From: Octopus vulgaris
Taxonomy: Eukaryota
Length of the DNA: 64,000 nt
Direction: 5' to 3'
Assembly (NCBI GenBank): GCA_951406725.2
Contig: OX597817.1
Location: forward strand, 34,224,001 to 34,288,000
Position numbers and translations under genes: made by a program. How positions within the stretch are numbered: position 1 is the stretch's first letter; every line of letters begins with the position of its first letter. Positions 1 through 13,203 of this stretch are shown here, piece by piece. Under the pieces are notes generated by a model that ran no database searches, was not told where the DNA came from, and worked only from the letters and a program-made list of their open reading frames with translations.

Positions 1-939
1 GACTATGATAGTTCAGGTTGCATATTTAGAGTAGGAATGACACAATAATGTTTTCTTGATGTGTACAGTAATTGCATCTGTTTGCTGTTGAAGAAAACAA
101 GATTGGCATGACCCCATAATTATGGTCCATGTTTAAGTGACAGATAAAATATGTTTACCATCATCCACCACCTTATGCTCAATGGCAAATATTCTTGTAA
201 TCATTTTGCAAATAATGGAGATAACATCAGACATATTTTGGTCTTATTAGACCTCCTTAACAAAGCACAGACTTCATCATACCAGCTGACATAGTGATGA
301 AAGAATTATTAAGCAGATATGCAATACTGTACATGACAAGCTGATAGAAGTCTATTATGGTAACCGTGTAATTGTGTACTACCAGCTCCTATTCAAGTGA
401 TCTATACTGGCCCCTACTTGACATTCAGCAAGATTAAAAGATAAAACCTGCCAAAAGAAGGTGAGCTTCTTGAAAGCCAATGATACCTGTATTCTGGGAA
501 GGAGATGGGGACTACAAAGATTATCAAGCTCAATAAAGCATTTGAATAAAAGTTACACCAGTATAAAGGGACTTGATGTGACATGCACCGTAAAGAAAGG
601 CCTAAACTGAGAAGGTGGAAGTATATTGGTTAATAAAAGAAATCAGGTCTTCTCCATAATTGCCATAGAGTTGTGGTGTGTAGAAAGCTACATCTGCTGT
701 ACAAACAAGTTTAATCCTTTGTTGAAGTTTTTAAAACTTTTTCTTACTTTTTCCAAGGGATGGCTTTTGTTAATCTGTCTTCTTTTTGACTTGAAGGTGA
801 AGCCTTTGATAAAAATTCAAGAATCCATTAAATGATATGAGATATCTTCATGTTTATTACTGATCTCTCATGATAACAAAACAAAGTAAAACAGACAAAT
901 GTTAATCATATAGTAAGTAATAAACATCCTTCTTAAAAA

Positions 940-1240
940 TTCTTTAATGCTCTCATTAAGAGAGAAAGAAGACTGCAGTCCATGAAACTCTTATGCCAAA
1001 TTGCTAAAAGGCAGAAAAGAAAGTGGTATAGCCATGCAATGATATCTTGCTTCTAGTGAATAAAGTCAGGCACAGACAAAGTCCCCAGGAAAAGAAGTAT
1101 AAAAAGATTATGAAGTGGGTGCTTAAGCAACATCAAGGAATGGACAAGGAGGATGAAACTGGGAAACATGATGTTAGTTGATGACAGGAAAAGATTGGGA
1201 AGAGGTTGTGTCTTTTGATGTATACTTTTGATTTCGTTGG
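940..1240 (+). mobile_element. Highly decayed RTE-type LINE ORF2 C-terminal fragment
   Basis: Broken frames give ..QIAKRQKRKWYSHAM.. and ..VPRKRS...NIKEWT, resembling the RTE C-terminus (RKLKWYGH..GKRRRGR..DNIKEWT). Confidence 0.45.
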
Positions 1241-1515
1241 GCAATGGAATAAACTTGTACTTGAATGAACATTAAAGTTACATGCAAAACAATGATATAG
1301 TTCACTATACATATGTGTGTGTGCTTGTGTGAACGTGCATGCATGCATGTGTGTTGCAAGCACATGGGCCTGTAGATAAGTTTATTTTGTCGATGTGGTT
1401 TTGGGTTTGATTCCATTGTATGATATCTTGTCCGAGTATTTTCTGCTAGGGCTTTGGGTTATCCAAAGCCTTGTGAATAAAATTTGGAAAACGGAAACTG
1501 TACAGAAGCATGCCA

Positions 1516-1563
<48 letters not shown>

Positions 1564-1685
1564 CAACTAGAGACCATTTGGGCTGCTACAATATTTGTTT
1601 ATGTCTGACGTAAACAATATGTCCTGTAGCTCAGTAGTTTTGTATGTGAAGACATGGTATAAGAAACCTTAGTTGATTTACAAGT

Positions 1686-2200
1686 CTATCTATCTATCTA
1701 TCTATCTATCCGCTCAGTCAAAGTTGACTCTCGGTTACTTGATGGATCAGTATCTTCCAGCCAGGTCTATCCCGGGTCGCTTCTTTCAGATGGTCTATGT
1801 CCATTCCCGTGTCACTCTTGATGGTGTCAAGCCGGCAGGTTCTTGGTTGGCTTCTTCCTCTCTTGCCACTGACCATTCCGAGCATGATGTCCTTCTCCAG
1901 GGATTTTCTCCGCATAATATGACCAAAATATGTCAATCTATGCTTGGTGATCCTAGCTTCTAGCAACAGTTTCAGCTTGATCTGGTTAAGAACTTCTCCA
2001 TTGGTGAGCCTCACTGTCCATGGAATCCATAAAAGTCTTCTCCAACACCAAAGCTCGAATGCATTAATTCTCTTCTGGTCAGCTTTCTTTAGTGTCCAGG
2101 TCTCGCATCCATATGTTGCTATTGGGATTGGAAAAGGCACTCGGCAAGGTTGCATCCTGTCACCAGCAGCCTTCAACATGTACGCTGAAAATGGTAATCC
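1686..2200 (-). mobile_element. RTE/BovB-like LINE, 5'-truncated with an inverted 5' segment
   Basis: Minus ORF reads YGCETWTLKKADQKRINAFELWCWRRLL..LTYFGHIMRR and ends in a (GATA)n tail at 1686-1711. The RT motif GKGTRQGCILSP..FNMYAE lies on the plus strand at about 2122-2192. TSD ttacaagt at 1678-1685 and 2201-2208. Confidence 0.9.
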
Positions 2201-3700
2201 TTACAAGTAAGGATTAGCATTTTGAAGAGCTTCATCTGGCTGCTGAATACTTCCTCAAAAAAAGCCTCAGCCAACCCATAGCAGCATGGGAAAAGCAAAC
2301 ATAAAAACAGTGGTGGTGATGGTGATGATGATGATGATGATGACAATGACAGCAGTATTGGCAGAATTATATTTTCATCATTTAGAAGAATAAAATGCAT
2401 GACACTGTTCGTTCAGGATATATTTTACTACTTGACGTTGCAATAAATTGTCAAGTGAACATAACATGTCTATTAGTCTGTGTGGATAAATCTGACTCAA
2501 TTTTACAATAAATATTAATTACAATGAATATTAATTTAGTGAGAATTTATAAAACTATCTTTCATATAAATGGCTTCATTTGTTTCAGCTCAAATTCTGA
2601 CTGAAAGATAAAAAGATTTCACTTGGTTGTTTGCTGTTAGGATGTTGTCTGTGTAGGATATTTAAATGAATTTAACAGCCACATTTGTGTTGGCCTATAT
2701 AAAATAACTTCATTTATTCAGTCTATTATAATGTAGCTGGCACTTTAAGAATTCCCAGAAGAAAAATATGGTTTCAAGAATATTATTTTACTATGCAGTT
2801 GATGAAATTATAATATATGTTGTATGATATAGTGTGTGTGTGTGTGTCTCTCTCTTATTCATGTTGTATTGTGACATGCAATGTATTGAAAAGATAAGCT
2901 CCTCTAGACATGCCACATGTGCAGTTAGGTTTTGATTCTTGACTGAGCCATTGTCATTTATGCTCTTAAGAAAGGCAAGAATGCCACATAATCTAATTTC
3001 CCCTGATAAATCTGAGGCATTGTGCCTATAGTTTTACAAAAATCAATATTCAAATATTAAATACATTGGCATAGTATTGACAGAAGATGAATCAAAAAAA
3101 CATCAAGTCCAACCTAGAATTTATTTTTGTTATTCGAAATTTGTAATTCACTCATGAGAGAACTTGAATTTTTTTTTTTTTTTTCCTCTGCATTTAAGAT
3201 ATTGATAACAATTTAACAGTATTTTGTTTGTAAACCTTTGACTTCATCTAGATATATAACTTATTTTATTTAACATGATTTATAAATATAGAATTTCCAA
3301 GGTATCATAAGTATTTTTGACAGTATGCTTACATTTTTTAAATTACTTCTCAAGCAATTTTCAATTAATACGATTTTATAGATTTTTAACATTTTTTTTT
3401 TTTTTTGAAATGGCTTCCTGATTCTGGGAGTAATAATAATACTACTAATACTACTATACAAAAAAGTTTTTTAAAAATTGAATAAATTGCTTCTGGCAGA
3501 ATATATAATAAATGAAAAATAATTCATGTTTGAATCTCTTTTTTTTTTCCATGCTTCCTAATTTGTATTTAGAATATATTTTTCATATTTCCATGAGATG
3601 GGCGATCATGAGTTTTAAAATCTTAAAATCATAAAAAAAGCATCACTTGATCTCAAAATACTTATACTTCATATTATAATCAATAAAGCACTCTTTTAAA

Positions 3701-3748
<48 letters not shown>

Positions 3749-3749
<1 letters not shown>

Positions 3750-3832
3750 CACTCACTTCCCGAGCATTATACTAATACATCTGTTTGTTGACTACACCAC
3801 CTGTCTTCGTCTTTTGTTTTTTTGTGAATTCT

Positions 3833-3835
<3 letters not shown>
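3749..3835 (+). mobile_element. 3' fragment of a short element inserted in (TA)n, related to the 38.8-kb copy
   Basis: cacctgtcttcgtcttttgtttt resembles 38890-38950; (TA)n on both sides. Confidence 0.5.
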
Positions 3836-3863
<28 letters not shown>

Positions 3864-4017
3864 AGATGTGAGCACATGCTTAAGTATCAATCTAATTCAA
3901 TATGTTACTTCAGTTCTGAAATAACATATTAAAGCAATTAAAAGGGGGATGATTGTTGTTTTGCCAATACTCAATACTTGCATTATATTTCATTAATTAC
4001 TAATTATAATTTAATTT

Positions 4018-4440
4018 AGGCATAGATATTGTGGTGTGGTTAAGAAGCTAGCTTCCTCATCCTATTCCCTGGATTCAACTGCATTATGTGGTACCTTGGA
4101 CAAGTGTCTTCTACTATAGGCCAGGGCTGATCTAAACCTTGTGAGTGAATTTGATACATGGAAACTAAAAGAAACCCAAGTCCATCATGTATGTGTGATT
4201 GTGTGTGATTGTGTGTAGCCTTGACTTGACATCACGTGATGATTGTAAGTGAGCATTAATATCATACAAGCAATGGTATTCATTTCCAATCTTTAGTGAA
4301 GAACATATTTGATCATGGGGAGATATTATCTTGCTTGGAAACAGGTGAGAGTTAGTGACGGAAAGGGCCTCCAGCTGTAGAAAATCTGCTTCAACAAATT
4401 TGGTCTGACCCATGCAAGCATTGAAAAGTGGATGCTAAAC
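4018..4440 (+). mobile_element. tRNA-derived SINE family B head joined to a Meta-like tail
   Basis: ggtaccttggacaagtgtcttctactatag core, followed by ggaaagggcctccagctgtagaaaatctgc tail. Confidence 0.7.
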
Positions 4441-4982
4441 AACTTTCTGGTTCTGATCTAGCTCTGGCCATGACATAAGTTTATTCTCAGTTATATGTAT
4501 GATATGACTATCTGGCTAAGAAGTTTACTTTCACGTTCCATACCACTGAATGACTGGCACCTTGTGCAAATGTCTTCTGCTATAGATTTAGGTTGCTGAT
4601 ATCTTGTGTGTGAAATTTATTAGACAGAAACTGTGTGAAGGTCAGCCATGTGAGTGAATGTGTGTGTGTGTGAGAGAGTTTGTTTTGGTGATATGCATCA
4701 AGGAAGAATATAAACATTAGAGAGAAACTGAAAAAAATGGTACCATTCTTTTTCAATGAATCAGTGATTGGCCTCTGAGAAACCTTTAGTAGGCTGAGCA
4801 GCCACATTGAAGCTCAGTTCTTGACTGTTCCAGTTTGATCAAAACTAAAGGAGTGATCTTAAACCATTTACTCTATTTTTTTTTTTTTTTTTTGAGAGCT
4901 GTTTTCTGTTGGTGTCTCTATTTCTGTGGAAGCTTCCAGTTTATGTACAAATATTCCAGGACTTTAATATAACTGGAATGAA

Positions 4983-5200
4983 AGGTGGTGAGCTGGTAGG
5001 AATGTTAGCATGCCAGGCAAAATGCTTTGCGGTATTTCGTCTGTCTTTACGTTCTGAGTTCAAATTCTGCCGAGGCCGACTTTGCCTTTCATCCTTTCAG
5101 GGTTGATAAATTGAATAATAGTTGCATTCTGGGATCGATTTTATTGATTGGCCCCCTCTCCAAAAATTCCTGGTCTTGTGCCTAGGGTAGAAAAAAAATC
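4983..5200 (+). mobile_element. tRNA-derived SINE family A (Deu/Nin-like central domain)
   Basis: gagttcaaatt B-box and gcctttcatcctttc domain; TSD actggaatgaa at 4972-4982 and 5201-5211. Confidence 0.85.
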
Positions 5201-5322
5201 ACTGGAATGAATTTTCTTTACATATCTAATCTAGTGTCCCAAATGCTGATGGTAACAGAATTTCATACTGTAGCTGAATTCTGGGATGACTTGGATGAAT
5301 ATAATTTTTCAAGTCTAGTATA

Positions 5323-5531
5323 ATGGTTTCAAATTTTTGCACAGGGCTAGCAGTTTTTGAGGGTAGGGAAAAGTTAATTACATCAACCCTGGTACTTGAC
5401 AGGTACTTATTTTATCGACCCTGAAAGGACGAAAAGCAAAGTTGACCTCAGTGGAATTTGAACTCAGAACAAACGAAGTATCACAAAGCGTGTTATCTGG
5501 CATGTTAGCAGATCTGCCAGTTCACTGCCTT
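5323..5531 (-). mobile_element. SINE family A
   Basis: Reverse complement of the family A head and central domain. Confidence 0.8.
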
Positions 5532-5629
5532 ATCATGTTATAATAATAATGTTGGTCACTCTACTTTATTTCACGGCATCTTTTTAATAATTGTAGCATG
5601 TGGTGTATAGAAGGAGAGGAGAAAGGCCA

Positions 5630-5833
5630 TTAGTGTGAATATTTTTGGCTTTGAAAGTAATTTTTGCCACATTCTACTACCAAGTATAAACATTTCTTTT
5701 GGCCAGATTCCATCCCTATATCAGCTGGAAATGTTGTTGTTGAATCTAACTGTTTCTGAAATTTGTAGATATTTCCTGCATGGATCTTAAGAGTATTAAC
5801 AAATAAATTTTGGTTATATTGGTCTATCTTCAT
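5630..5833 (-). mobile_element. R4/NeSL-type non-LTR reverse transcriptase fragment
   Basis: NLFVNTLKIHAGN..QLDSTTTFPADIGMESGQKKC is a decayed form of LFFVDDLKLYA..FSxDIGMEFGxDKC. Confidence 0.7.
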
Positions 5834-6434
5834 GTTAAATGTGTGTCTTTTATCATTTTCATCATCACTGCCATAGCATCACCACCATTGACACCACCAC
5901 CACCACCATTGACAACATCACCATCATCATCCATCTCTGTTTTGCATGCTGGCATGGGTTGGATGGTTTGACATGTTTTCTATAGCTGGATGCCCTTCCT
6001 AATGCCAACTACCCTATGATGTGTACTGGGTGCTTTTTTTCATGTCACTAGCACATGTAAGTACGAAAAGTAGGTTACAAGACAGAAACTAGTATAGATG
6101 GTATGAAAAAAAGGGAAGCACCTCAGTACACACTGTAAAGTATTTGGCATTAGGAAAGGCATCCAGCCATAGAAAACATGCCAATGCTGACACTGGAGCT
6201 CAGTACAGCCCTGTGGCTTGCCAGACCCTGTCAACCCATCTTGTACATATATGAATATATATGTGTATGTTAGTAACAAGCTTGAAAAATATGTACTGAA
6301 CATTAGAAAAGTGGGTAAGCAATTCTTTTTTAATCGAATTTACTCATGGCTGTGTTGTTAAGAAGTTCTTACTCATGTGGTTTCAGCTTTAGTCCCATTG
6401 CATATTGCCTTGAGCGAATATCTTCTGTTGTAGT

Positions 6435-6674
6435 TGTGGGATGACGTCAGCTGTTGGGGAGCTGACCAGAACTTGGGGCTGACCGGAAGAGGAAGGGCGT
6501 AGGGGATAGCCGACAGGGCTGGACGTGTGAGCGCTTTGACAAGGTAAGGGAAAAGCAGCTGCTATTTTTAGCATTCGGGTTGGGCCACATGGAAGGGTGC
6601 GTTACTGCCGGAGAGGTCTGCGTCGATGAAGCGAAGGCAGGTGTCTTTACTTCAAATCTCCCGCATACACCACA
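6435..6674. mobile_element. Solo LTR (240 bp) nested in a family B SINE
   Basis: GC- and CpG-rich block with TGTGG...CCACA ends and flanks gtagt/gtact; the SINE resumes after it. Confidence 0.7.
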
Positions 6675-7004
6675 GTACTACTGAGCTTACAGGTATCTTG
6701 TGAATGAATTTTGCAAGTGGAAATTGTGGAAATCCATCATACATATAATGTAAGTGTGTGTGTGTGTATACATGCATATGTTTATGTTTATCTCTCCACT
6801 CTTTGATTTATGTCTCCATATCTCAGTTATTCAGCAAAAACATATATGCATATTCAGAAGCAAGCATCCAGGTATCTATGTGATCAAATGTGTTTCTTTC
6901 TCTTCTGTGAAACCTTTACATTGTGTGAATCTGATTCAAATTGTTAATACAATTTTATATATGCATATATACATAAACATTCATATATAAACATACATAC
7001 ATAT

Positions 7005-7341
7005 CCGGGATCCGGGACCCCCTTTGGTCACGACACTGACCATGGGATTGCACCTAGAAAGTTACCCTCCTAGTCACAAGTCTGGGCATGGTTGTTTATG
7101 GAAGACCAGCAGTCGCCCATGCATACCGGCCTCCCCTCTCCACGCCACCAGTGTTATCCAAGGGAAAGGCAAAGGCCAATACAGCTTGGCACTCGTGACG
7201 TCGCAACTCATTTCTACAGCTGAGTGAACTGGAGCAACGTGAAATAAAGTGTCTTGCTCAAGAACACATCACGCAGCCCGGTCCGGGATTCGAGCTCACA
7301 ACCTCACGATCGTAAGCTTGACACTCTAACCACTGAGCCAT
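7005..7341 (-). mobile_element. tRNA-derived SINE family E
   Basis: cagctgagtgaactggagcaacgtgaaataaagtgtcttgctcaagaacac core and ggattcgagctc B-box. Confidence 0.85.
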
Positions 7342-7344
7342 CAA

Positions 7345-7597
7345 TTTGAAAGAAAATGCTCTCCTCAGGTGCAGGCGACAACCATATAGATTTCTAATAT
7401 GAAGGACGAACCATTTTTTACAGTACATATGTATTTCTCACATTATGTACCAATTATGGATTAAATTTTTGTTTTATATTTTTATAATACATTTGAATGA
7501 AAATAGTGCTGAAAAATATGAATCTAACATACAACCAGATTGACTTACGATCTGTCAGTCAGAACGGAACTTGGTTGTAAGTCGAGGAGAAGGTGTA
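7345..7597 (+). mobile_element. Tigger/pogo-like DNA transposon end
   Basis: gacttacga...ggttgtaagtcgaggagaaggtg-ta terminus resembles a Tigger TIR with TA target. Confidence 0.45.
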
Positions 7598-7950
7598 TTT
7601 TTAGATATTTTCCTTTTCAAGAGAAGACCTCAATATCACAACACTTGCTTGTTGACCTTTCTCAGAGCCAGCAAAATGTTGTGTAGATTGGCTACAAACT
7701 CAGAATTGTGCATATGATGGACTTTTTGTTCTATAGAATTGATTTGGCTGCTTGATTTTTTTTGTTTTTTGTCCTTATGGTAATTCCTATGTTCAGCTCT
7801 TTTTAAAGATACCCTTATTGAAAAATAGATGTCATAAATATTCAGAATGTACATCGAAATATAGAATTTCCGGCTATTCCAATTTTGACACTATCTGAAA
7901 TCCATAGTTCCAGTTCACAAACACAGCCATAAAAACATATTATTGAGCTG

Positions 7951-8037
<87 letters not shown>

Positions 8038-8650
8038 AAGAGAGAGATTATGGATATGAGGTGTCCAGGTGGTACCCTCAAATATATATCCAATATTTTG
8101 GTGTAAACTAGGAAAAATAGAAACAAAAATAAACCAAAACACTTCATAACCCCCCCCCCCCCCCATTTCTGTATCATTGACTTTGTTATGACATCAGTGC
8201 TTGTGTTTTATGCTTTTGTATGCATAGAAACACACAGAAAACACACGTACAAGCACATACAGACACAAACACACATACACGCATTTTTTGTCGCTTAGAA
8301 AGGTCAGTATCTACAGCTCCTTTCAGAGCCTCTAAGACTGAAGAGAGAGAGAGGAGAGAGAAGGTATCCTTTAAACAGAATCTTAGCCAAATGCTTATAA
8401 CGAAGGAGGGACCTGGTGATGGTGTTAAACTGATGACAGATTAAGTCTATCAGCCAAGATTCCACAACAAGATTGGAACTCAAATATTCAAATGGTGGAA
8501 CAAATATTGTAAGGCATATCATCTGGTATTCTTAACAATATTTCCCAGTTCACGGCCATACACTGATATTATATTTATCAACCCCAGAAAGGATTAAAGA
8601 CACGGTTCACCTCAACAGGATTTGAACACAGAATGCAAAGTGCCGGAAAG

Positions 8651-8963
8651 AATACCACAATTCATTTCATTTGATGCTGATGCTTAAATGCTTCTGCCAA
8701 TTTACCACCTGCAGAGAGAAACATGGAAAAGAAGAGCAATTTCGAGAGAGAGAGAGAGAGAGAGAGAATAGCAGAGTGAGAGAAAGAGAGGTAGAGATAG
8801 AGTAAGAGCAAAGAGAGAGGAAGGAGAGAGAGGGAACATGAAAATAAATGCACCAGTTACTTCTTCAGCGAAAGTTCTTCATTTCTTCATAAAATTTTCT
8901 TTTTGATACTCTATAATTTAATACAACAGTCATTATCAAAATGTTATCTTTACCTATTGATTA
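8651..8963 (+). repeat. Source copy of a ~310-bp local duplication (second copy 12151-12460)
   Basis: High-identity direct repeat that includes a GA tract and unique flank. Confidence 0.9.
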
Positions 8964-9032
8964 GCCTATTTAACTTTGTACTATAGATTTCTTTTAATAC
9001 ATATGAAAAAGCATGTGTACAGCATATTCTGT

Positions 9033-9033
<1 letters not shown>

Positions 9034-9086
<53 letters not shown>

Positions 9087-9220
9087 CACCCATGCATATG
9101 TGTGTGTATATATAATATATATATATATATACATATATATAAGTATATATATCTAAGTATATATATATGTATATATGTATATATAAGTATGATATATGTG
9201 TGTGTGCGTGTGTATATATA

Positions 9221-9269
<49 letters not shown>

Positions 9270-9315
9270 GTGTATATATAAGTATAATATATGTATATAT
9301 ATATAAGTGTATGTA

Positions 9316-9347
<32 letters not shown>

Positions 9348-9445
9348 CACATTTATATATACATATGTATGTGTGTATATATATATATATATGTATATAT
9401 ATATACACACATATATATATACATATACATATATATATATATGTA

Positions 9446-9476
<31 letters not shown>

Positions 9477-9480
9477 GATA
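9034..9480. repeat. Compound (TA)n/(TG)n microsatellite field
   Basis: Direct inspection; explains the YIYI-type ORFs. Confidence 0.95.
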
Positions 9481-10061
9481 CACACACATGAGTTATTGGT
9501 TTGCTTTCATAATTTTCCTTCAATTTCCATATACTGTTAACTGGATTTCAGTTTAAAATGTTCAATGATTTTCAATTTATGGAACCTTTTCTCTAAGAAA
9601 TCAATTTAACTATTAATCCTGTTCTTTTTGATTGAAATTTAAGAGAAACCTCATGTTTCAGAGACTTGTAGTAAAATGAAGTTCACAAGACTTTAAAATA
9701 TCTTAAGAAGTTGTAAAATTGTTGTTGTTATGGTTTTTGTTGTTGCTCTTCTTCTTCTTCTTTCCCCCTCCTCCTCTTCCTCCTATGATCAAAGACATTC
9801 AAAGCGTGACCACCCTGTCTTATTCAAATGATGCATGCAAGGCAACACAATCCAATTTGTCTTTCTTTTTAAGACGGTAGAATGGTAGCTGAGAGGGTTT
9901 TGGCTGCTACTTCCAACAAATCACACGATCTCTAGAGGCTCACTTTCTGACTCATACTAACATTGTTGTTAGAGGTGTTCTTTTTATCATACTTTCCACT
10001 CATTTTAAATGATTGAACGGACGAAATATTTTATTACCAGCTTGTTTGTTCCAAGTTCAAA

Positions 10062-10453
10062 TCTTTATATATAAAAGAAAGGTTGTGTGTCTGTCTACTC
10101 CGATTTAGATTCCTAACTACTCCCACATTTTGCAGTGCAATTTAACCAAAACCGGGTATCTTATAGTCGCGATTCATATCAAGCCCTTCTGGGTATTAGC
10201 GCACGTCTACGATGAGTCTACGATTTTAAAAATAATTTACCATCATTTTTTTCCATTTTAATGCATATTTTTTAAATATAAGGGAAGTAACTCTCTAAAA
10301 ATGTCTACGATGAGTCAACGATTAAAAAAAAATTTACCATAATTTTTTTCCCATTTTTAATGCATTTTTTGCTATATTTTGGCTATAACTCTCTAAAAAT
10401 GCTTTATAGTTACTTCCCTTACAAACCCGAGCAATGCCGGGCAATACTGCTTG
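10062..10453 (+). mobile_element. Non-autonomous Helitron-like element
   Basis: a|TCTTTATATATAAAA start; subterminal hairpin cccgagcaatgccggg followed by CTTG (CTAG variant) |t; no TSD. Confidence 0.75.
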
Positions 10454-10677
10454 TTTACTATAAATACATGGTTATATTTCCTAGCAGAACACACCAACCT
10501 ACATACTTCCATGCTTCAATTTACCTAAATTTTGAAATGTAACAAATTTTAGGAAGACTTTTTTATAGTTAGAGAACGCTGGCAAACACTCCAGAGTAAA
10601 GTTCCCTAAAATATTTTAGTCAACACGAGTCAGTTTCTGTTTGATGAGTAAATAATTTGAATCTATTATTAGTACAT

Positions 10678-11150
10678 CTATTATATAAAATCCGTTCTGT
10701 CTGTGTGTGTCTTCTAGGATCTCAGGCATCCCTCATCCGATTGTGCTCAAATTTGATATGTAGATACCGAAGGTATCAGGGCGTGTATAAGTCTTGAAAA
10801 AATTACAAAAATCGATTCCAGGTAAGAATGCGATCGATAAAATGAATAAAATAATTTTTCTTTGGAATAGAAAAAAAGTCTATCCTTATTTCTTCTTTTG
10901 CTGGTGTCTCAAATTTAGGTTAAATCAGTGTTTCTCAAAGGGGAGGTCTATGGGACGGTCGGACAAGTTGTTTTGAGAAAATTTGGTTTAAATGTTTGAC
11001 AACTCAACACTGTCCATTGGACGGAGGGGGGGGGGTTTGCTCGTATCTTTATAAGTCACCATATGTTTACAAGTCACTTTGTAAGGTGACTTATAAACAT
11101 ATAGATTTGATAGGAAATAAACAAAATCTTATTAGTCATAGATTTTTCAC
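10678..11150 (+). mobile_element. Helitron-like 5' fragment
   Basis: a|TCTATTATATAAAA..tctgtctgtgtgtgtc start; 3' end not seen. Confidence 0.5.
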
Positions 11151-12150
11151 CTCTAAACTATAATCACGTATAAGGTTTAGATTATCTTAGCTGAGATATT
11201 TCAGTCTTTTGGTTTTTTTTGTTTTTTGGTTTTTTTTTGTAATTTATTTACCAAATCTAACATGTTTTGTTGTTAACTATATCTGTTTCAGTTATTTCCT
11301 ACTCTCAGTGGAAAGACCTTGCTCTTTCCATTGCAGGTCGTGTTAATGTCCTTCCTCAGCCATAATGATAAGAAAATAAATAAACTACTATTTGTTGTTT
11401 ATCCTCTCAAGATGAAATGAAATGTTATTTGTTGACACGAAGCCAGCTATTTTACAAAGTCACACTTGTTATAAAAATAGACACTGATGTATCACTGCTT
11501 TTTACTTTTCCGTAACTATTGTAGTACTTATGAAACATTATCATTTTTAAGTACTTCTAGTACATTGTACCTTTGTTTTCAAATGCTTGCTGCTTCTACT
11601 TATTAATAAGAGAGAGAATGTGCCAGTAATTTTGGCATAAATCTTTGAATGAATGAATGAATAAATAAGTGAATGAATGAATGAATGAATGAATGAATAA
11701 TAAAAAAAAGTAACAAGCAAAAACAAAGACAGAAAAAAATAAATGAAGAATGATAACTTGAGTGTTTCAAAGAGAAAATATTTACTTTCGTATTAGTATT
11801 TCTAGAGTAAACAAGAGATAATTATTGTTAAGCTGTAAAATATTGCTTATTTAAATGTTGTTTTTTTTTATTTGTATCTCTGATTAAATGTCAAATGGAT
11901 AAATAATATATAAGCTGAATGAATTAGATAATGTTGCATAAGGACTGGAAAGAATTACTGAATGCTGTTGCTAGCTAAGTTACTGAGAGTGCTGGCTTAC
12001 TGCTTGATGAATCAATTCTCAATCATCTAAGCCATTTGGCTGTAAATATGAACTATCAAATGGTACATCGCTGGTACATCACTATTTTACTAAAGAATAT
12101 TTCACTAGTGTGCAGTACTGGACACTTGTGGTCCTAAAGTAAGCAAAAGG

Positions 12151-12460
12151 AATGCCACAATTTATTTCATTTGATGCTGATTCTTAAATGCTTCTGTCAA
12201 TTTACCACCTGCAGAGAGAAACTTGAAAAAGAAGAGCAATTTTGAGAGAGAGAGAGAGAGAATAACAGAGTGGAGGAGAGAGAGGTAGAGATAGAGAGTG
12301 TGAGAACAAAGAAAGAAGAATGAGAGAGAGAAAACATGAAAATAAATATGCACCAGTTACTTTTTCAGCAAAAGTTCTTCATTTCTTCATAAAATTTTCT
12401 TTTTGATAATCTATAATTTAGTACAACAGTCATTATCAAATCAGTTATCTTTATTGATTA
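12151..12460 (+). repeat. Templated copy of 8651-8963 flanked by a ~129-bp duplication
   Basis: Flank 12025-12153 recurs at 12461-12520 plus 12691-12749. Confidence 0.9.
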
Positions 12461-12520
12461 ATCTAAGCCATTTGGCTGTAAATATGAACTATCAAATGGT
12501 ACGTCACTGGTACATCACTA

Positions 12521-12690
12521 AAAGCACCCACTACACTCTTGGAGTGGTTGGCATTAGGAAGGGCATCCAGCTGTAGAAACTCTGCCAGATCAGACTGGAG
12601 TCTGGTGTAGCCATCTGGTTTGCCAGCCCTCAGTCAAAATCGTCCAACCCATGCTAGCATGGAAAGCAGACGTTAAATGATGATGATGAT
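12521..12690 (+). mobile_element. RTE LINE 3'-UTR tail (family C, Meta-like domain)
   Basis: ggcattaggaagggcatccagctgtagaaac and a (GAT)n tail. Confidence 0.85.
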
Positions 12691-12983
12691 GAATATTTCA
12701 CTAGCTTGCAGTACTGAATTCTTGTGGTCCTAAAGTAAGCAAGAGGAATCCACTATTATGTATGTTTATTTGAAGATAGCACCCAACTTTAATTGCTCAT
12801 GTGACCCCAGATTGGGTAGATCAATATGGTTGATGTCCAATTTGAATTTTTGCAGAAAGCATATGGGCAGGGAAGGAATTCTTGAGGACTGCAACATTAG
12901 AGGGGAAATAATTGGGTGAAGTTCTTAGTATAGTGACACACAGTAAGGATGATGAGAGGAGGAGAGAATGATGCACAATGTAA

Positions 12984-13203
12984 CCCTTTCATTACTGTAT
13001 TTATTTTGAGATGCTCTCTGTTTCTTTCAATTACTTTAAATATAACAAAGAATTTAATAAAATAACTTAGTTATTATTCAGCTAGTGTTAGGAACATAAA
13101 TTGTGACTAAGGTTTGGTGGAAGACTTTAATTCAAAATTGATGAAAATAAGACATTTGTACTCAGAGCCAGAGCCGGTTTCAGCCGGGCTGGTAACGAAA
13201 GGG
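12984..13203. mobile_element. piggyBac-like MITE
   Basis: TIRs ccctttcattac / gtaacgaaaggg with flanks gtaa/ttaa. Confidence 0.75.

Noticed and set aside
1-840. Host exon at the window start
   Set aside because: It has frequent stops and only a faint resemblance to a decayed LINE endonuclease region, too weak to call.
8976-9540. ORFs over 100 aa rich in YI/CV/HT (also near 28, 31.4, 32 and 58 kb)
   Set aside because: They are translations of microsatellites that lack stop codons.
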